Shown in pieces: positions 32,293 through 41,968 of a stretch of DNA of 64,000 nt (positions are counted from its first letter, which is position 1; every line of letters starts with the position of its first letter). The stretch covers positions 9,295 to 73,294 of the forward strand of contig JBAZWB010000001.1 of the NCBI GenBank assembly GCA_041660605.1, in the 5' to 3' direction. Made by a program: the position numbers and the translations under genes. The notes beneath the pieces were generated by a model. The model was not told the origin of the DNA. It searched no databases and worked only from the letters and a program-made list of their open reading frames with translations. The stretch is from Patescibacteria group bacterium (GTDB lineage Bacteria > Patescibacteriota > Patescibacteriia > UBA10025 > JAHIVO01).

Positions 32293-35070
32293 ATGCCAAG
32301 CAAAGAAAAAAAATTTATTATTATAGATGCCAACGCCTTACTCCATAGGAGTTTTCACGCGTTGCCGCCGCTGACCACCAAAAAAGGCCAGCTGATAAAC
32401 GCCGTTTACGGCTTCACCTCCGTCCTGCTGAAAGTATTCAAGGAGTTCAAGCCGTCATACATGGCGGTGGCTTTTGACATGAAGGAAAAAACTTTCCGGC
32501 ACAAGGAATTCAAAGCATACAAAGCCACGCGGGTAGCGGCGCCGGATGAATTCTACGCGCAGATACCGCTGGCCAAGAAAGTGTTGGACGTTTTTAATAT
32601 TCCGGTGATCGAAAAAGAGGGGTTTGAAGCTGATGACGTGATCGGCACGATTGCCGAGAGCAACCAGCAGGCGAAGATTCCCACTATTATCGTAACTGGC
32701 GACAAGGACACTTTTCAGCTGATCAATGATTATGTAAAGGTTTTTACCCTGCGCAAAGGAGTTTCCGATACTATAACCTATGACAGCGAAATGGTCAGGC
32801 AAAGATACGGCCTGGAGCCGTCGCAGATGATTGACCTGAAAGCGCTGGCCGGAGACCAATCCGATAATATCCCGGGAGTGAAGGGCATTGGGGAAAAGGG
32901 AGCGATTGACCTGCTGAAAAAATTCGGTTCACTGGAAAAAATTTACCAGGAAATTGAAAAAAATGCCGACACAGAAAAGATAAAACCGCGCCAGTTAAAG
33001 CTTTTAAAAGAGCAGAGAAAAGAGGCGGAAATGAGCAAAAAATTGGCCACCATAGTATTGGATGTGCCGATAAATTTCAATCTTGAGGCTTGCGAACTTG
33101 GCGCTTATGACAAACAGAAAGTTTTTACCCTGTTCAAAGAGTTAGAATTCAGAAGTATGCTGTCTCGTCTGCCGGATTTCAAAGAAAAAAAGATCGCTCC
33201 AGAGAGCCAACCGGCGGTGGTTGAGGAAAAAACAGATATAACTCCCGTGATGGATGAGCCTCAGAAATCCGCTTCCAGCAAAGAAAAATATAAACTGATC
33301 AATACAGACAGCGATTTCGCGGAATTTTTTAGTGAATTAAAAAAACAGACGGCTTTTGCCCTGGATACGGAGTCAACCAACCTTGACCCTTTCCGCGCCA
33401 AGCTTCTGGGCATCAGCGTCTGCTGGACTGAAGGGGAAGCTTATTATTTGAACGTTAAGGATAATCCGCATTGGTTAAAAAGCCTGAAGCCGGTTTTTGA
33501 AAATAAAAAAATAGAAAAATTCGGTCACAATATAAAATACGACCTGGCGATGCTGCGGCAGTCTGGTTTAGATGTGGACCCGGTTAGCTTTGACAGCATG
33601 GTCGCTTCCTATTTGCTAAACCCCGGTTCGCGCGGACACGGGCTGGACAATCTGGCTTTTGAAGTTTTCGGCTATCAGATGCAGCCGATAGAGGATTTGA
33701 TCGGCAAAGGGAAAAAGCAGATTTCCATGGAAATAGTGCCGCTGGATAAAGTCTCCTGGTATTCAGCCGAGGACGCTGATTATACCTATCGTTTGTGCCG
33801 GTATTTCAAGCCAGAGCTGGAAGAAAAAAACATTCTCAGCCTGATGGAAAAGATAGAAATGCCTTTAGTGCCTGTCCTTACCACTCTGGAGCAGAACGGC
33901 GTGAAGATTGACTCAGAATTTTTATCCAAAATGTCCGGGGAAGTTAAGCGCAAGCTGGAAGTGCTGGAAAAGAAGATTTATCAGCAGGCCGGCATCACTT
34001 TCAATATCAATTCTCCTCTGCAGATGAAGGAGGTTCTTTTTGAACGTCTGGAAATCAGCACGGAAGGCCTGGGCAAGACGAAGACCGGAATTTCCACGGC
34101 CGCGGCCGAGCTGGAAAAAATGAAAGGCAAGCATCCGATCATTCCTTTAATAACTGATTATCGTGAGCTGTCAAAACTGCAGTCCACGTATTTAGAGGCT
34201 TTGCCGCGCCTAGTTAATCCGAAAACGGGGAGAGTGCACACCAGTTTCAATCAAACAGTGACTGCCACCGGACGTTTGTCTTCTTCAGATCCAAATTTAC
34301 AAAATATACCCATCCGCACCGAGGAAGGCCGGAAGATCAGGCAGGCTTTTATCGCGGCCAAAGGCTTCAAAATAATTTCAGCGGATTATTCGCAGATAGA
34401 ATTGCGCATCATTGCCTCGCTGGCTAATGATGAAAAAATGATCGAGTCTTTCCATAAAGGCGAGGATATCCACCGGCGCACGGCCGCGGACATTTACAAT
34501 ATTCCGCTGGATGAGGTGACCAAGGACCAGCGTTATGAAGCCAAGGAAGTCAATTTTGGCATTATCTACGGCATGGGCGCCTGGGGTCTGGCCAGTCGGA
34601 AGAATATGTCGCGGGAAAGAGCGAGGGCTTTCATTGAAAAATATTTTTATACTCACCCGGAAATACAGGAATATATCGCCACGACCATTAATCTGGCACA
34701 CGAACAGGGTTATGTGGAAACTTTATTCGGCCGCCGGCGGTATCTGCAGGAGATAAATTCTTCCATGGCGCAGGTTCGCGCGTCCGCCGAAAGGATGGCC
34801 GTCAATATGCCGGTGCAGGGCACGGCGGCGGATCTGATCAAGATCGCCATGATCAACATTGATAAAAAATTATCAAATTTCAGCCCGAAGTCAAAAATGT
34901 TGTTGCAGGTGCATGACGAGCTGGTCTTCGAGGTGCCGGCCGGCGAGGTGGAGAAAATGGCGGATTTTATCGCCGAAGAAATGAATTCAGTTTATAAACT
35001 CAAAGTACCCATAAAAACCGAGGTATCTTATGGCGATAACTGGGGCGAACTTACGGATATTATTAAATAA
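32293..35070 (+). CDS. polA: DNA polymerase I
   Basis: 5'-3' exonuclease N-terminus (KKFIIIDANALLHRSFHAL), 3'-5' exonuclease-like middle, and polymerase motifs (DYSQIELRI, QVHDELVFE); track ORF begins at 32248. Confidence 0.9.
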   Translation: MPSKEKKFIIIDANALLHRSFHALPPLTTKKGQLINAVYGFTSVLLKVFKEFKPSYMAVAFDMKEKTFRHKEFKAYKATRVAAPDEFYAQIPLAKKVLDVFNIPVIEKEGFEADDVIGTIAESNQQAKIPTIIVTGDKDTFQLINDYVKVFTLRKGVSDTITYDSEMVRQRYGLEPSQMIDLKALAGDQSDNIPGVKGIGEKGAIDLLKKFGSLEKIYQEIEKNADTEKIKPRQLKLLKEQRKEAEMSKKLATIVLDVPINFNLEACELGAYDKQKVFTLFKELEFRSMLSRLPDFKEKKIAPESQPAVVEEKTDITPVMDEPQKSASSKEKYKLINTDSDFAEFFSELKKQTAFALDTESTNLDPFRAKLLGISVCWTEGEAYYLNVKDNPHWLKSLKPVFENKKIEKFGHNIKYDLAMLRQSGLDVDPVSFDSMVASYLLNPGSRGHGLDNLAFEVFGYQMQPIEDLIGKGKKQISMEIVPLDKVSWYSAEDADYTYRLCRYFKPELEEKNILSLMEKIEMPLVPVLTTLEQNGVKIDSEFLSKMSGEVKRKLEVLEKKIYQQAGITFNINSPLQMKEVLFERLEISTEGLGKTKTGISTAAAELEKMKGKHPIIPLITDYRELSKLQSTYLEALPRLVNPKTGRVHTSFNQTVTATGRLSSSDPNLQNIPIRTEEGRKIRQAFIAAKGFKIISADYSQIELRIIASLANDEKMIESFHKGEDIHRRTAADIYNIPLDEVTKDQRYEAKEVNFGIIYGMGAWGLASRKNMSRERARAFIEKYFYTHPEIQEYIATTINLAHEQGYVETLFGRRRYLQEINSSMAQVRASAERMAVNMPVQGTAADLIKIAMINIDKKLSNFSPKSKMLLQVHDELVFEVPAGEVEKMADFIAEEMNSVYKLKVPIKTEVSYGDNWGELTDIIK

Positions 35071-35124
35071 AAAAAGCCAAGGAGGTGAATCCCGGGCTTT
35101 ATAATCTAGAGTCGTAAGGATCGA

Positions 35125-35445
35125 CTACAATGTAAGTGACAAGTGGCCGGATTTTTCGACCTTGATAATACCGTTGCCAATCATGCGTAGAAGTTTCCGA
35201 TCTACGGTTGATGAGCTATAGGTTTGGTCGAGGTAGGTATGCAGCGTATCAATACTGACCTTTTCCTGGCATTTGGCGGTAAGGTATTCGATGGTAAGGG
35301 CAACTCCGCAGGCTGGTTTATGAGTCAAGGCGGAGTCGTTAATGCACTTTCTAATGAATTCGATTCTCTCGTTTTCACTAGTAAAGAGTGTTAGGGTTAC
35401 CTTGCCGCGGACATAAGTTAAGAAAGGTCCGACCATATTTGCCAT
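35125..35445 (-). CDS. Hypothetical protein (106 aa)
   Basis: ORF between polA and holA; no motif recognised. Confidence 0.35.
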   Translation of the reverse strand: MANMVGPFLTYVRGKVTLTLFTSENERIEFIRKCINDSALTHKPACGVALTIEYLTAKCQEKVSIDTLHTYLDQTYSSSTVDRKLLRMIGNGIIKVEKSGHLSLTL

Positions 35446-35531
35446 TTTTCCTCCATCATTGGTGTTGTTTGTTTTAGTGTCAATTTTTATTACGTCATGT
35501 TAATATATACGGAGAACTAGTATTTGTCAAT

Positions 35532-36518
35532 ATGATTATCTTACTTTACGGGCCGGATACCTACCGGTCCAGACAACGACTGCATTTTTACCGCGAAGGG
35601 TTCAAGAAAAAATACGACCCTTCGGGTTTGAATATGGAGTATTTTGACGGTGAAAAACTGACCATAGAAGATTTCGGCAAAAGCGCGGGTCAGATGGGTT
35701 TTCTGGCGAAAAAACGGTTTATGGTGGTGGAGAACGTCATCAGCAAGAGCAAAAGCAAAAAAATACAGGAAGAATTAGTGGGTTACCTGAAAAATAAATG
35801 GTCGGATGACAACGTCCTGATTTTTCTGGAAGACAGCGAGGCGGAACCACGTAAAAAAGGGAAGAAGAAAACTACGGCCGTAAAATCACTCATGAATTAT
35901 TTACTGGAGGGCAAGGCGGAAGAATTTTCGTTATTGCAGGGCGAGCAGCTGAATAAATGGATCAGGGATGAGGTGAAAAAGCGGGGAGGCAGGATCAGCG
36001 ATCCGGCGGTTTTGGAGATGGCCAGCCTGGTTGGTTCTGATTTATGGAGTATGGTTTCGGAAATTGAGAAATTAATCAACTATAAAAAAGGCGGATTAAT
36101 ATCGGCGGAGGAGGTCAAACAGATGGTCAGGGCCAGATTTGATGAAAATATTTTTCACCTGACGGACGCCCTGGCCGCAAAAAACGCCGGTTTGGCCCTG
36201 AAATTGCTCAATGACCAGATCGCCCTGGGCAGCCATGAACTGTATATTTTAACCATGCTCATCAGGCAGTTCAGAATTCTGCTGCAGACGCGGGAACTGA
36301 TTGACCAGGAGCCAAATTATTATACAGTCGCTTCGCGGCTGCGGATACACCCTTTTGTCGCGCAGAAAGCCATTCGCGACGCACGGCGGTTCAAGCTGGA
36401 GGAATTGCAGGAGATCTACCGCCAGCTCCTGGAAATTGATATAAAAATAAAATCAACCAGCGAAGATCCTCTCCTGCTGTTTGATTTATTGGTAACCAGA
36501 GTCTGCCGTAAAGCTTAG
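35532..36518 (+). CDS. holA: DNA polymerase III delta subunit
   Basis: N-terminus MIILLYGPDTYRSRQRL and overall HolA-like layout (328 aa). Confidence 0.7.
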   Translation: MIILLYGPDTYRSRQRLHFYREGFKKKYDPSGLNMEYFDGEKLTIEDFGKSAGQMGFLAKKRFMVVENVISKSKSKKIQEELVGYLKNKWSDDNVLIFLEDSEAEPRKKGKKKTTAVKSLMNYLLEGKAEEFSLLQGEQLNKWIRDEVKKRGGRISDPAVLEMASLVGSDLWSMVSEIEKLINYKKGGLISAEEVKQMVRARFDENIFHLTDALAAKNAGLALKLLNDQIALGSHELYILTMLIRQFRILLQTRELIDQEPNYYTVASRLRIHPFVAQKAIRDARRFKLEELQEIYRQLLEIDIKIKSTSEDPLLLFDLLVTRVCRKA

Positions 36519-36523
36519 ACAGA

Positions 36524-36787
36524 TTATTTCAGTTTGCCGAGCGCCTTCATCATCCGCGATTTCAGTCGTGAGGCGGTGTTTCTTTTGATGATTTTGCTCT
36601 GAGCTGACTTGTCCAGAATCTTAACCGCTTTTTTTACTGCTTCGCTGGCTTTTGCTTTATCTTTTGTTACTAGTACTTTCCGGGCAGTTTTCATGGCCTG
36701 CTTGATTCTGTTTTTGACGGCCACATTTTTGGCAGTATGTCTTTTTGTCTGCTTCAAATGTTTGATAGCTGCTTTTTTGATTGGCAT
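36524..36787 (-). CDS. rpsT: 30S ribosomal protein S20
   Basis: MPIKKAAIKHLKQTKRHTAKNVAVKNRIK... Lys/Ala-rich 87 aa, typical of S20. Confidence 0.85.
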   Translation of the reverse strand: MPIKKAAIKHLKQTKRHTAKNVAVKNRIKQAMKTARKVLVTKDKAKASEAVKKAVKILDKSAQSKIIKRNTASRLKSRMMKALGKLK

Positions 36788-37241
36788 AGGTTTGTTGGTA
36801 GTAAGTAGTTAGTTGTTTGTAGGAATCAGTGTAGCAGGGTTTATTTATTTTATCAAGGGTTTTAATTTACTTTTCTGTCCGCACCCCGCTATCCAGCGGG
36901 GCAGGCGCCAAAGTAACAAAAGAAGTGCCGCCGGTACAAAGAAATTAACAAAAACAGGCTCGTCGTCATTCCGCGTTGTAAACTCGCTCCTCGCTGTCGC
37001 TGCGTTCGCTCAAACAGTACAACGCGGTTGCCCATGGGCAACCATTCCTCCTCGCTCTGTTTTCGCCGCGCCCGCCGAAGCTTCGCTTCAGCGTTGCGGG
37101 CGGGTAACATTTCTTTGTAATCGGCGGATTAAATAATTTTACTACGATTACTCCGCAATGGGCGGGCTTGGGCATTATTAAAGAATTGGGAAATTGATGA
37201 TTGTAAATTGTTTGGAATTTGGGAATTGGATATTGGTACTT

Positions 37242-38174
37242 TTAAATAGGGATATCCAGCGCCGGATACTTTTTCCAGTCAGGGTCGGAGAAGTGCCACC
37301 ATTCAGTAGCAAAAGGCACGAATCCGGATTTGACCATGGCTTTTTCTAAAATCAGCATATTCTCCTGAGCTTTTTTAGAATGGCTGGGGTGGCCGCGGTG
37401 CGCGCGCGGCGAGAATTCATCGAACAGAGTCGGCATCTGCAGCTCGTGGCCGTTCATATCTACCAGCGTGCAATCAACCGCTGCCGCGCGCGTGTGGAAC
37501 GGTTTTTTTTTGGGATTGCCGATATAGCGTTCGTCCGGCATAAATTTCCACATTTGTTTCTGCACTGACAGGGGCCGATAGCTGTCCCAGATTTTCAATC
37601 CAAAACCCTGGCGGCGGAGCAGGCGCTGGGCTTGCTTCAGTTTCTCGGCGATAGTTTGCCGGGTTAAGATTATTTTATTCAGGTAAAGAGGTTTTTTCAG
37701 GAAGTTTTTATCAGTGGCATATATCGGCTCTGTAATAATAGTGGGGTCAATATTTTTTATTGCCACCAGGTTATTTTTATGCAGGAGGGAAGTTTTGTAT
37801 TTTCCCGGGCCCAGCGGTTTCAATTTAGCAATCTTTGCCTGCAACCCGCGCCGGTGTAATTTTTCCCGGAGTTTTTCGGTAAAAACGCCCTGGTCGTATC
37901 CCAGGCAGATGATATCCGGCCGCAGCGCCTCAATGATTTTTAGCTTATCGCCGCGATTGCCGAGCACTACGCGGTTGGCCAGGCCCAGCGCTTTCAGATT
38001 CTCCACTCTTTCAATTTCATTGAAATACGGCGAGTATCCCTTAACTTTTTTAACCGTTTCATCCAGGCCTACAACCACCATTAAAAAATCACCTCTGGTT
38101 TTCGCTTGTTTTAGCAGATAGAGGTGGCCGGGGTGGATTATATCGAATGTTCCGGTGATGAGGACCTTGGTCAT
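37242..38174 (-). CDS. Fusion protein: N-terminal cytidylyltransferase-like nucleotidyltransferase (HldE domain II-like) plus C-terminal VanX/DdpX-type D-Ala-D-Ala dipeptidase (M15D)
   Basis: N-terminus MTKVLITGTFDIIHPGHLYLL (HxGH); C-terminus HTRAAAVDCTLVD...EWWHF (VanX zinc-site motifs). Track ORF extends to 38246. Confidence 0.6.
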   Translation of the reverse strand: MTKVLITGTFDIIHPGHLYLLKQAKTRGDFLMVVVGLDETVKKVKGYSPYFNEIERVENLKALGLANRVVLGNRGDKLKIIEALRPDIICLGYDQGVFTEKLREKLHRRGLQAKIAKLKPLGPGKYKTSLLHKNNLVAIKNIDPTIITEPIYATDKNFLKKPLYLNKIILTRQTIAEKLKQAQRLLRRQGFGLKIWDSYRPLSVQKQMWKFMPDERYIGNPKKKPFHTRAAAVDCTLVDMNGHELQMPTLFDEFSPRAHRGHPSHSKKAQENMLILEKAMVKSGFVPFATEWWHFSDPDWKKYPALDIPI

Positions 38175-38403
38175 GGGGGTAGTTAATAGTAGGTAGTGAG
38201 TAGTAGGGAGAAGGTAATTAGCAGCTAATAATATATTAGCAGGCAATATTTAAGATAGGATTAAGCAATATACTACATAATTATAGCAGATTTGGCGGTG
38301 GATATATCGCTTTGACAAAACAGGCGTTCCGGTAGTAAGATTAACTCTTCTCAAAAAACAAACACAGAAAATGATATCTTTGAAAAATAGATTGGAGGAA
38401 GCA

Positions 38404-39873
38404 ATGTGCAGATTTCTTTATATCCACGATCCCAACAAAAGGATTGCTGGGATTGATATTACTGAAAGAATGTTTTGCGGACTTTCTGTACAACAACATG
38501 GCGGTCAAGATGGCGGTGGCATTGCCTATGTCGACGACGATGATGATGGCGGAAGTTTTGTTAAGGTTAGCAAGTTTTTTGGTCTGGTGGGAAGTCAGTA
38601 CGATCCCAATGGGGATAAGGGCAATCCATACAGGGATACATTTGCAAAATTGGCTAGAAGCAGGGCATTTAAGGCTTTGGGATTTCTGCGCTACTCGACG
38701 GCTGGTGCAGCCAACAATCTCATCCATTATCCGCCGCAGTATATTGATGAACTCAGCGTTGGTCGTGTGGTGCTGGCAATGAATGGGGATGTGCCAAATT
38801 TAGACAAACATCGTTCTGAGTTGACGAGCCAGGGAGTGGAGTTCTACTCGCAGAATGATAGCGAGTTTATGTTGCGATCACATTGCCACACCATGAGGTG
38901 CCAGGGCTGTACACGGGTAGCGGCTCTTCAGAAATACATGCAAGCAATACCAGGAGCTTATTCCGGGGTGGTCATGACAAAGGATAAAACGTATTTTGTC
39001 AGGGATCCCTGGGGTTTTCGGCCTTTTGTGGTCGGCTTGATTGATGGCAGTATCATCGTTGCCGCTTCCGAATCGTGTGCGCTTGATATGTTAGGAGCCA
39101 AGTTTCTATTTGAAGTGAAACGCGGCGAGATTATTGAGGTGGACGATGACGGCACGATGACTCATTACGATTTTCCCGGGCCGCTACCATTGCATTCCGC
39201 GCATTGCATTTTTTGCCTTGATTACTTCGCCAGCCCGGTCAGCAAGGTATTTATTGATGGCCGTGACATTGCCGATGTCCGTCAAAAAGGCTCATACTCT
39301 TTTGCGCTCGGCAGACAGCTCGCGGGCGAACACCCAGTTAGCGCGGATTTCGTAGCTTCATTGCCTTATTCCGGTGATCTAGCCGCAATTGGTTATTCTG
39401 AACAGTCCGGATTATCTTTTAAGGCGATATTCATCAGAAATATCTACGTGCCGCGTACGTTTATCATGTCACAGCAGCAAATCAGGGAGATGTTCGTTCG
39501 CCTTAAGTTTGCCTTAATGTCAGATGTTTTCCGTAAGCCAAGTCATCGGCGAGTCTGCCTGGTTGACGATTCAATCGTTCGGGCAACCACCATGCAGGGA
39601 ATCGTCGAAATACTTCGTGAGGCAGGTGCCGAAGAGATTCATCTGCGGATAAGTTTTCCGCCAATCACTGATCCATGTTTCATGGGCATAGCCATGCCGA
39701 CGAAACAGGAACTCATTGCCTCGTCAATGAGTGTGCCAGAGATACAGAGGCATCTCAAAGTAGATTCACTTGGTTATCTGTCTCCGGAGGGGGTAGCTAC
39801 CGTGTTGAAGCGTCGTGGTGACAATATTGAGGATTATTGCACTGCCTGCTACTCAGGGAAATATCCTATCTAA
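38404..39873 (+). CDS. purF: Amidophosphoribosyltransferase
   Basis: Met-Cys start (MCRF, Ntn-hydrolase nucleophile), QQHGGQDGGGIAYVD, PRTase motif VCLVDDSIVRATTM; start set at ATG 38404, not the track's 38371. Confidence 0.85.
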   Translation: MCRFLYIHDPNKRIAGIDITERMFCGLSVQQHGGQDGGGIAYVDDDDDGGSFVKVSKFFGLVGSQYDPNGDKGNPYRDTFAKLARSRAFKALGFLRYSTAGAANNLIHYPPQYIDELSVGRVVLAMNGDVPNLDKHRSELTSQGVEFYSQNDSEFMLRSHCHTMRCQGCTRVAALQKYMQAIPGAYSGVVMTKDKTYFVRDPWGFRPFVVGLIDGSIIVAASESCALDMLGAKFLFEVKRGEIIEVDDDGTMTHYDFPGPLPLHSAHCIFCLDYFASPVSKVFIDGRDIADVRQKGSYSFALGRQLAGEHPVSADFVASLPYSGDLAAIGYSEQSGLSFKAIFIRNIYVPRTFIMSQQQIREMFVRLKFALMSDVFRKPSHRRVCLVDDSIVRATTMQGIVEILREAGAEEIHLRISFPPITDPCFMGIAMPTKQELIASSMSVPEIQRHLKVDSLGYLSPEGVATVLKRRGDNIEDYCTACYSGKYPI

Positions 39874-39898
39874 GTTCAGTCAGATTTTTGATTTTACA

Positions 39899-39936
39899 AA
39901 GCCGTTCTCATTTGGAGGAGAAGAACGGCTTTTTTA
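39899..39936 (+). terminator. Rho-independent terminator of purF
   Basis: AAGCCGTTCTC...GAGAAGAACGGCTTTTTT. Confidence 0.55.
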
Positions 39937-39939
39937 AAT

Positions 39940-40030
39940 ATGAAGAAACGCCTACGGTTTTTCTTCATCGCATCTTTTCCCTAAGTTGTATCGCTCACCT
40001 TGGGACCTTATAACCCAAGGTTCGCGATGA
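39940..40030 (+). repeat. Roughly 90-nt repeat element, copy 1 (begins with the hairpin ATGAAGAAA-N11-TTTCTTCAT and ends ...CCTTGGG..CCCAAGGTTCGCGATGATTTATT)
   Basis: Near-identical to 45827-45960, same orientation, except for a 35-nt hairpin insertion in copy 2. Confidence 0.6.
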
Positions 40031-40352
40031 TTTATTATTTTTAATAGTTACGCCTTCCATCGGTTTTACCTCTAGCGAAAGTGGATGCGGCACGAAACCC
40101 GCGTGCTCGCGATTTTTTATAATTAATCTATAAAGGGGCTTGGTAGGATGAGTAGTCGATGCTTGGCATGATTATTAAATAGACATCTATTGATAATTGT
40201 GGGTGGTTTTATTAAGTGTGGTTTATAACTCAATAACGTCTGTCACTTTTTTAATTTGACATATTTGCTTTATTTTTGTTAAGATACGCTAATTAATGTA
40301 ATTGAAAGATCATTGTTATAACCTATAAAACTCTAGTTAGGAGGAGTTACAA

Positions 40353-41813
40353 ATGTCAGGAAAAAACGTACTGACAGCGCTAAGCAATCTGCCGGAACTC
40401 ATTCTGGCGATTATCCAAAAGCCGGATCTCATCATGGAGATTATCGGCAGGTGGAGGGAGCTGTTCAAGGTTCCCAGCAAGCAGAAACGCCAGCTGGGAG
40501 ACTTACTGCTGGATGAGCATCCCGCGATCACGCGTTTAGTGCTCAGGCAGGTCATGGCGGGTTCTCTGGATCTGAGCAAGTTTGTGACTGATTTGCCGGA
40601 AACGTATCAGGAAGATGCCAACCTCCGGATCACGGCTGTTTTGCTTTTCCTGTACGCGACCAACGATTCGCTTCTGAATAGGACGGACAAAGGATTTCCG
40701 ACTGTTGAATGGCTGGATCTCAAGGCACCTGAACCGACTCCCGTGGTGCGCGGAAAAAAGAAAACCGGCAAGAAAGGAAAGAAGACGCCTAAGGGTGCCG
40801 ACAATGCCAAGCCAGGCAAACCCGTGCCGGCCTCGAAACTGAAAGGCGTGAAGAAATTCGCGGACTTGCTGGCCAAATGCGGCAGCTTAGCAAATTTGCT
40901 GGCAACTTTCGAAGCGCACTCCGGCAAGGATGGGAAACTGACGCCATTTCTGCACGTCTGCGAAATATCAAACAGCACCTGGTATCAGTGGGCAAAAAAG
41001 GCGCACGCGATGGAAGCGGAAGCTGAAAAGGGTGGCGGAAAACCTGACAAGGGGTCGCCTGAAGGAGAAAAAGCCGTCCGTGGAAGGCTGGGAGAATTTA
41101 TCACCCAGCACAAAACGGCTGCCGAAGCCCTGAAAGTCCTGCAGTCTAAGCCGGAAGACAAAACGGTCCATGAATACGCAGAGTCGCTGGGCATTTCCGA
41201 CGCCAGTTACTACGCTTGGCCGGCCAAGCTGGTGGAATTAGCGGAAAAGGAGTCGAAAAAACCAGATGGAGGTCCTGGCAACGCCGACGACGGAACCGAT
41301 GTTACCTCTAAGGTGGTGGCCAAGCTTGGCAATAAAGCCAACGCCAAAGAGATGATTAAGGAAGCTGGGTCTATGTTGCAGCTGGCCATTAATCTTGGTG
41401 TCGCTGGCCTGACTACGTCCAATCTTGGTTATATTCTGCTCCACAAGTACGGTTTGCGCCTTAGTAAGGTGCTGGCGGAACCTGACGGAGCCGATGCGCC
41501 AGACGGTGGTAATCCTCCGGACACTGGCAAGAAGGGTAGCGCTGACACTACCTCACCGATCATGGCTGGGTTGTCTATATTGACTTCCGCAGATATGTCT
41601 GATGATCAGAGGCAGAAATTCTGCGAATTTGCCAGCGCTTTAGGCGCTAGTACAGCCAGTGAAGTTTTCGAAATCGTGGAGAAGGGAGTGAAGGATGATT
41701 TTCCCAAGGCGGCTGCGAAGTTTGTGGAAGCAGGGATTTTAACAGCTTCGTCAGCAGGGGAGCCTCCGGTGGAACAGAAATACTTTAAGTGGAAGTTCAA
41801 ACTGGTCCACTAG
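40353..41813 (+). CDS. Hypothetical protein (486 aa) with a Lys-rich low-complexity segment; first gene of a 3-gene operon
   Basis: TAGGAGGAG RBS; TTGACA-N17-TTAAGAT promoter at about 40253; KKKTGKKGKKTPKG tract. Confidence 0.5.
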   Translation: MSGKNVLTALSNLPELILAIIQKPDLIMEIIGRWRELFKVPSKQKRQLGDLLLDEHPAITRLVLRQVMAGSLDLSKFVTDLPETYQEDANLRITAVLLFLYATNDSLLNRTDKGFPTVEWLDLKAPEPTPVVRGKKKTGKKGKKTPKGADNAKPGKPVPASKLKGVKKFADLLAKCGSLANLLATFEAHSGKDGKLTPFLHVCEISNSTWYQWAKKAHAMEAEAEKGGGKPDKGSPEGEKAVRGRLGEFITQHKTAAEALKVLQSKPEDKTVHEYAESLGISDASYYAWPAKLVELAEKESKKPDGGPGNADDGTDVTSKVVAKLGNKANAKEMIKEAGSMLQLAINLGVAGLTTSNLGYILLHKYGLRLSKVLAEPDGADAPDGGNPPDTGKKGSADTTSPIMAGLSILTSADMSDDQRQKFCEFASALGASTASEVFEIVEKGVKDDFPKAAAKFVEAGILTASSAGEPPVEQKYFKWKFKLVH

Positions 41814-41968
41814 GATTCAACGTTATTTGATAGTAGTCTAAGTTCACGCTCTCTCGGGGGTGTGAACTTTTTTATTCCTCCCGCTTAAATATTTCATATT
41901 GACTTAAATTGTTTTATATAATAAGATTGGCTAATTATGTTCTTTTTCACAATCAATTGGAGGGGAAA

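Noticed and set aside
32248-35070. Possible mobile or defence function for the large ORFs, or reverse-transcriptase or integrase genes near the repeats
   Set aside because: The large ORFs are clearly polA and uvrB, and no transposase, integrase or reverse-transcriptase motifs were seen anywhere in the window. The repeat families therefore look non-autonomous.
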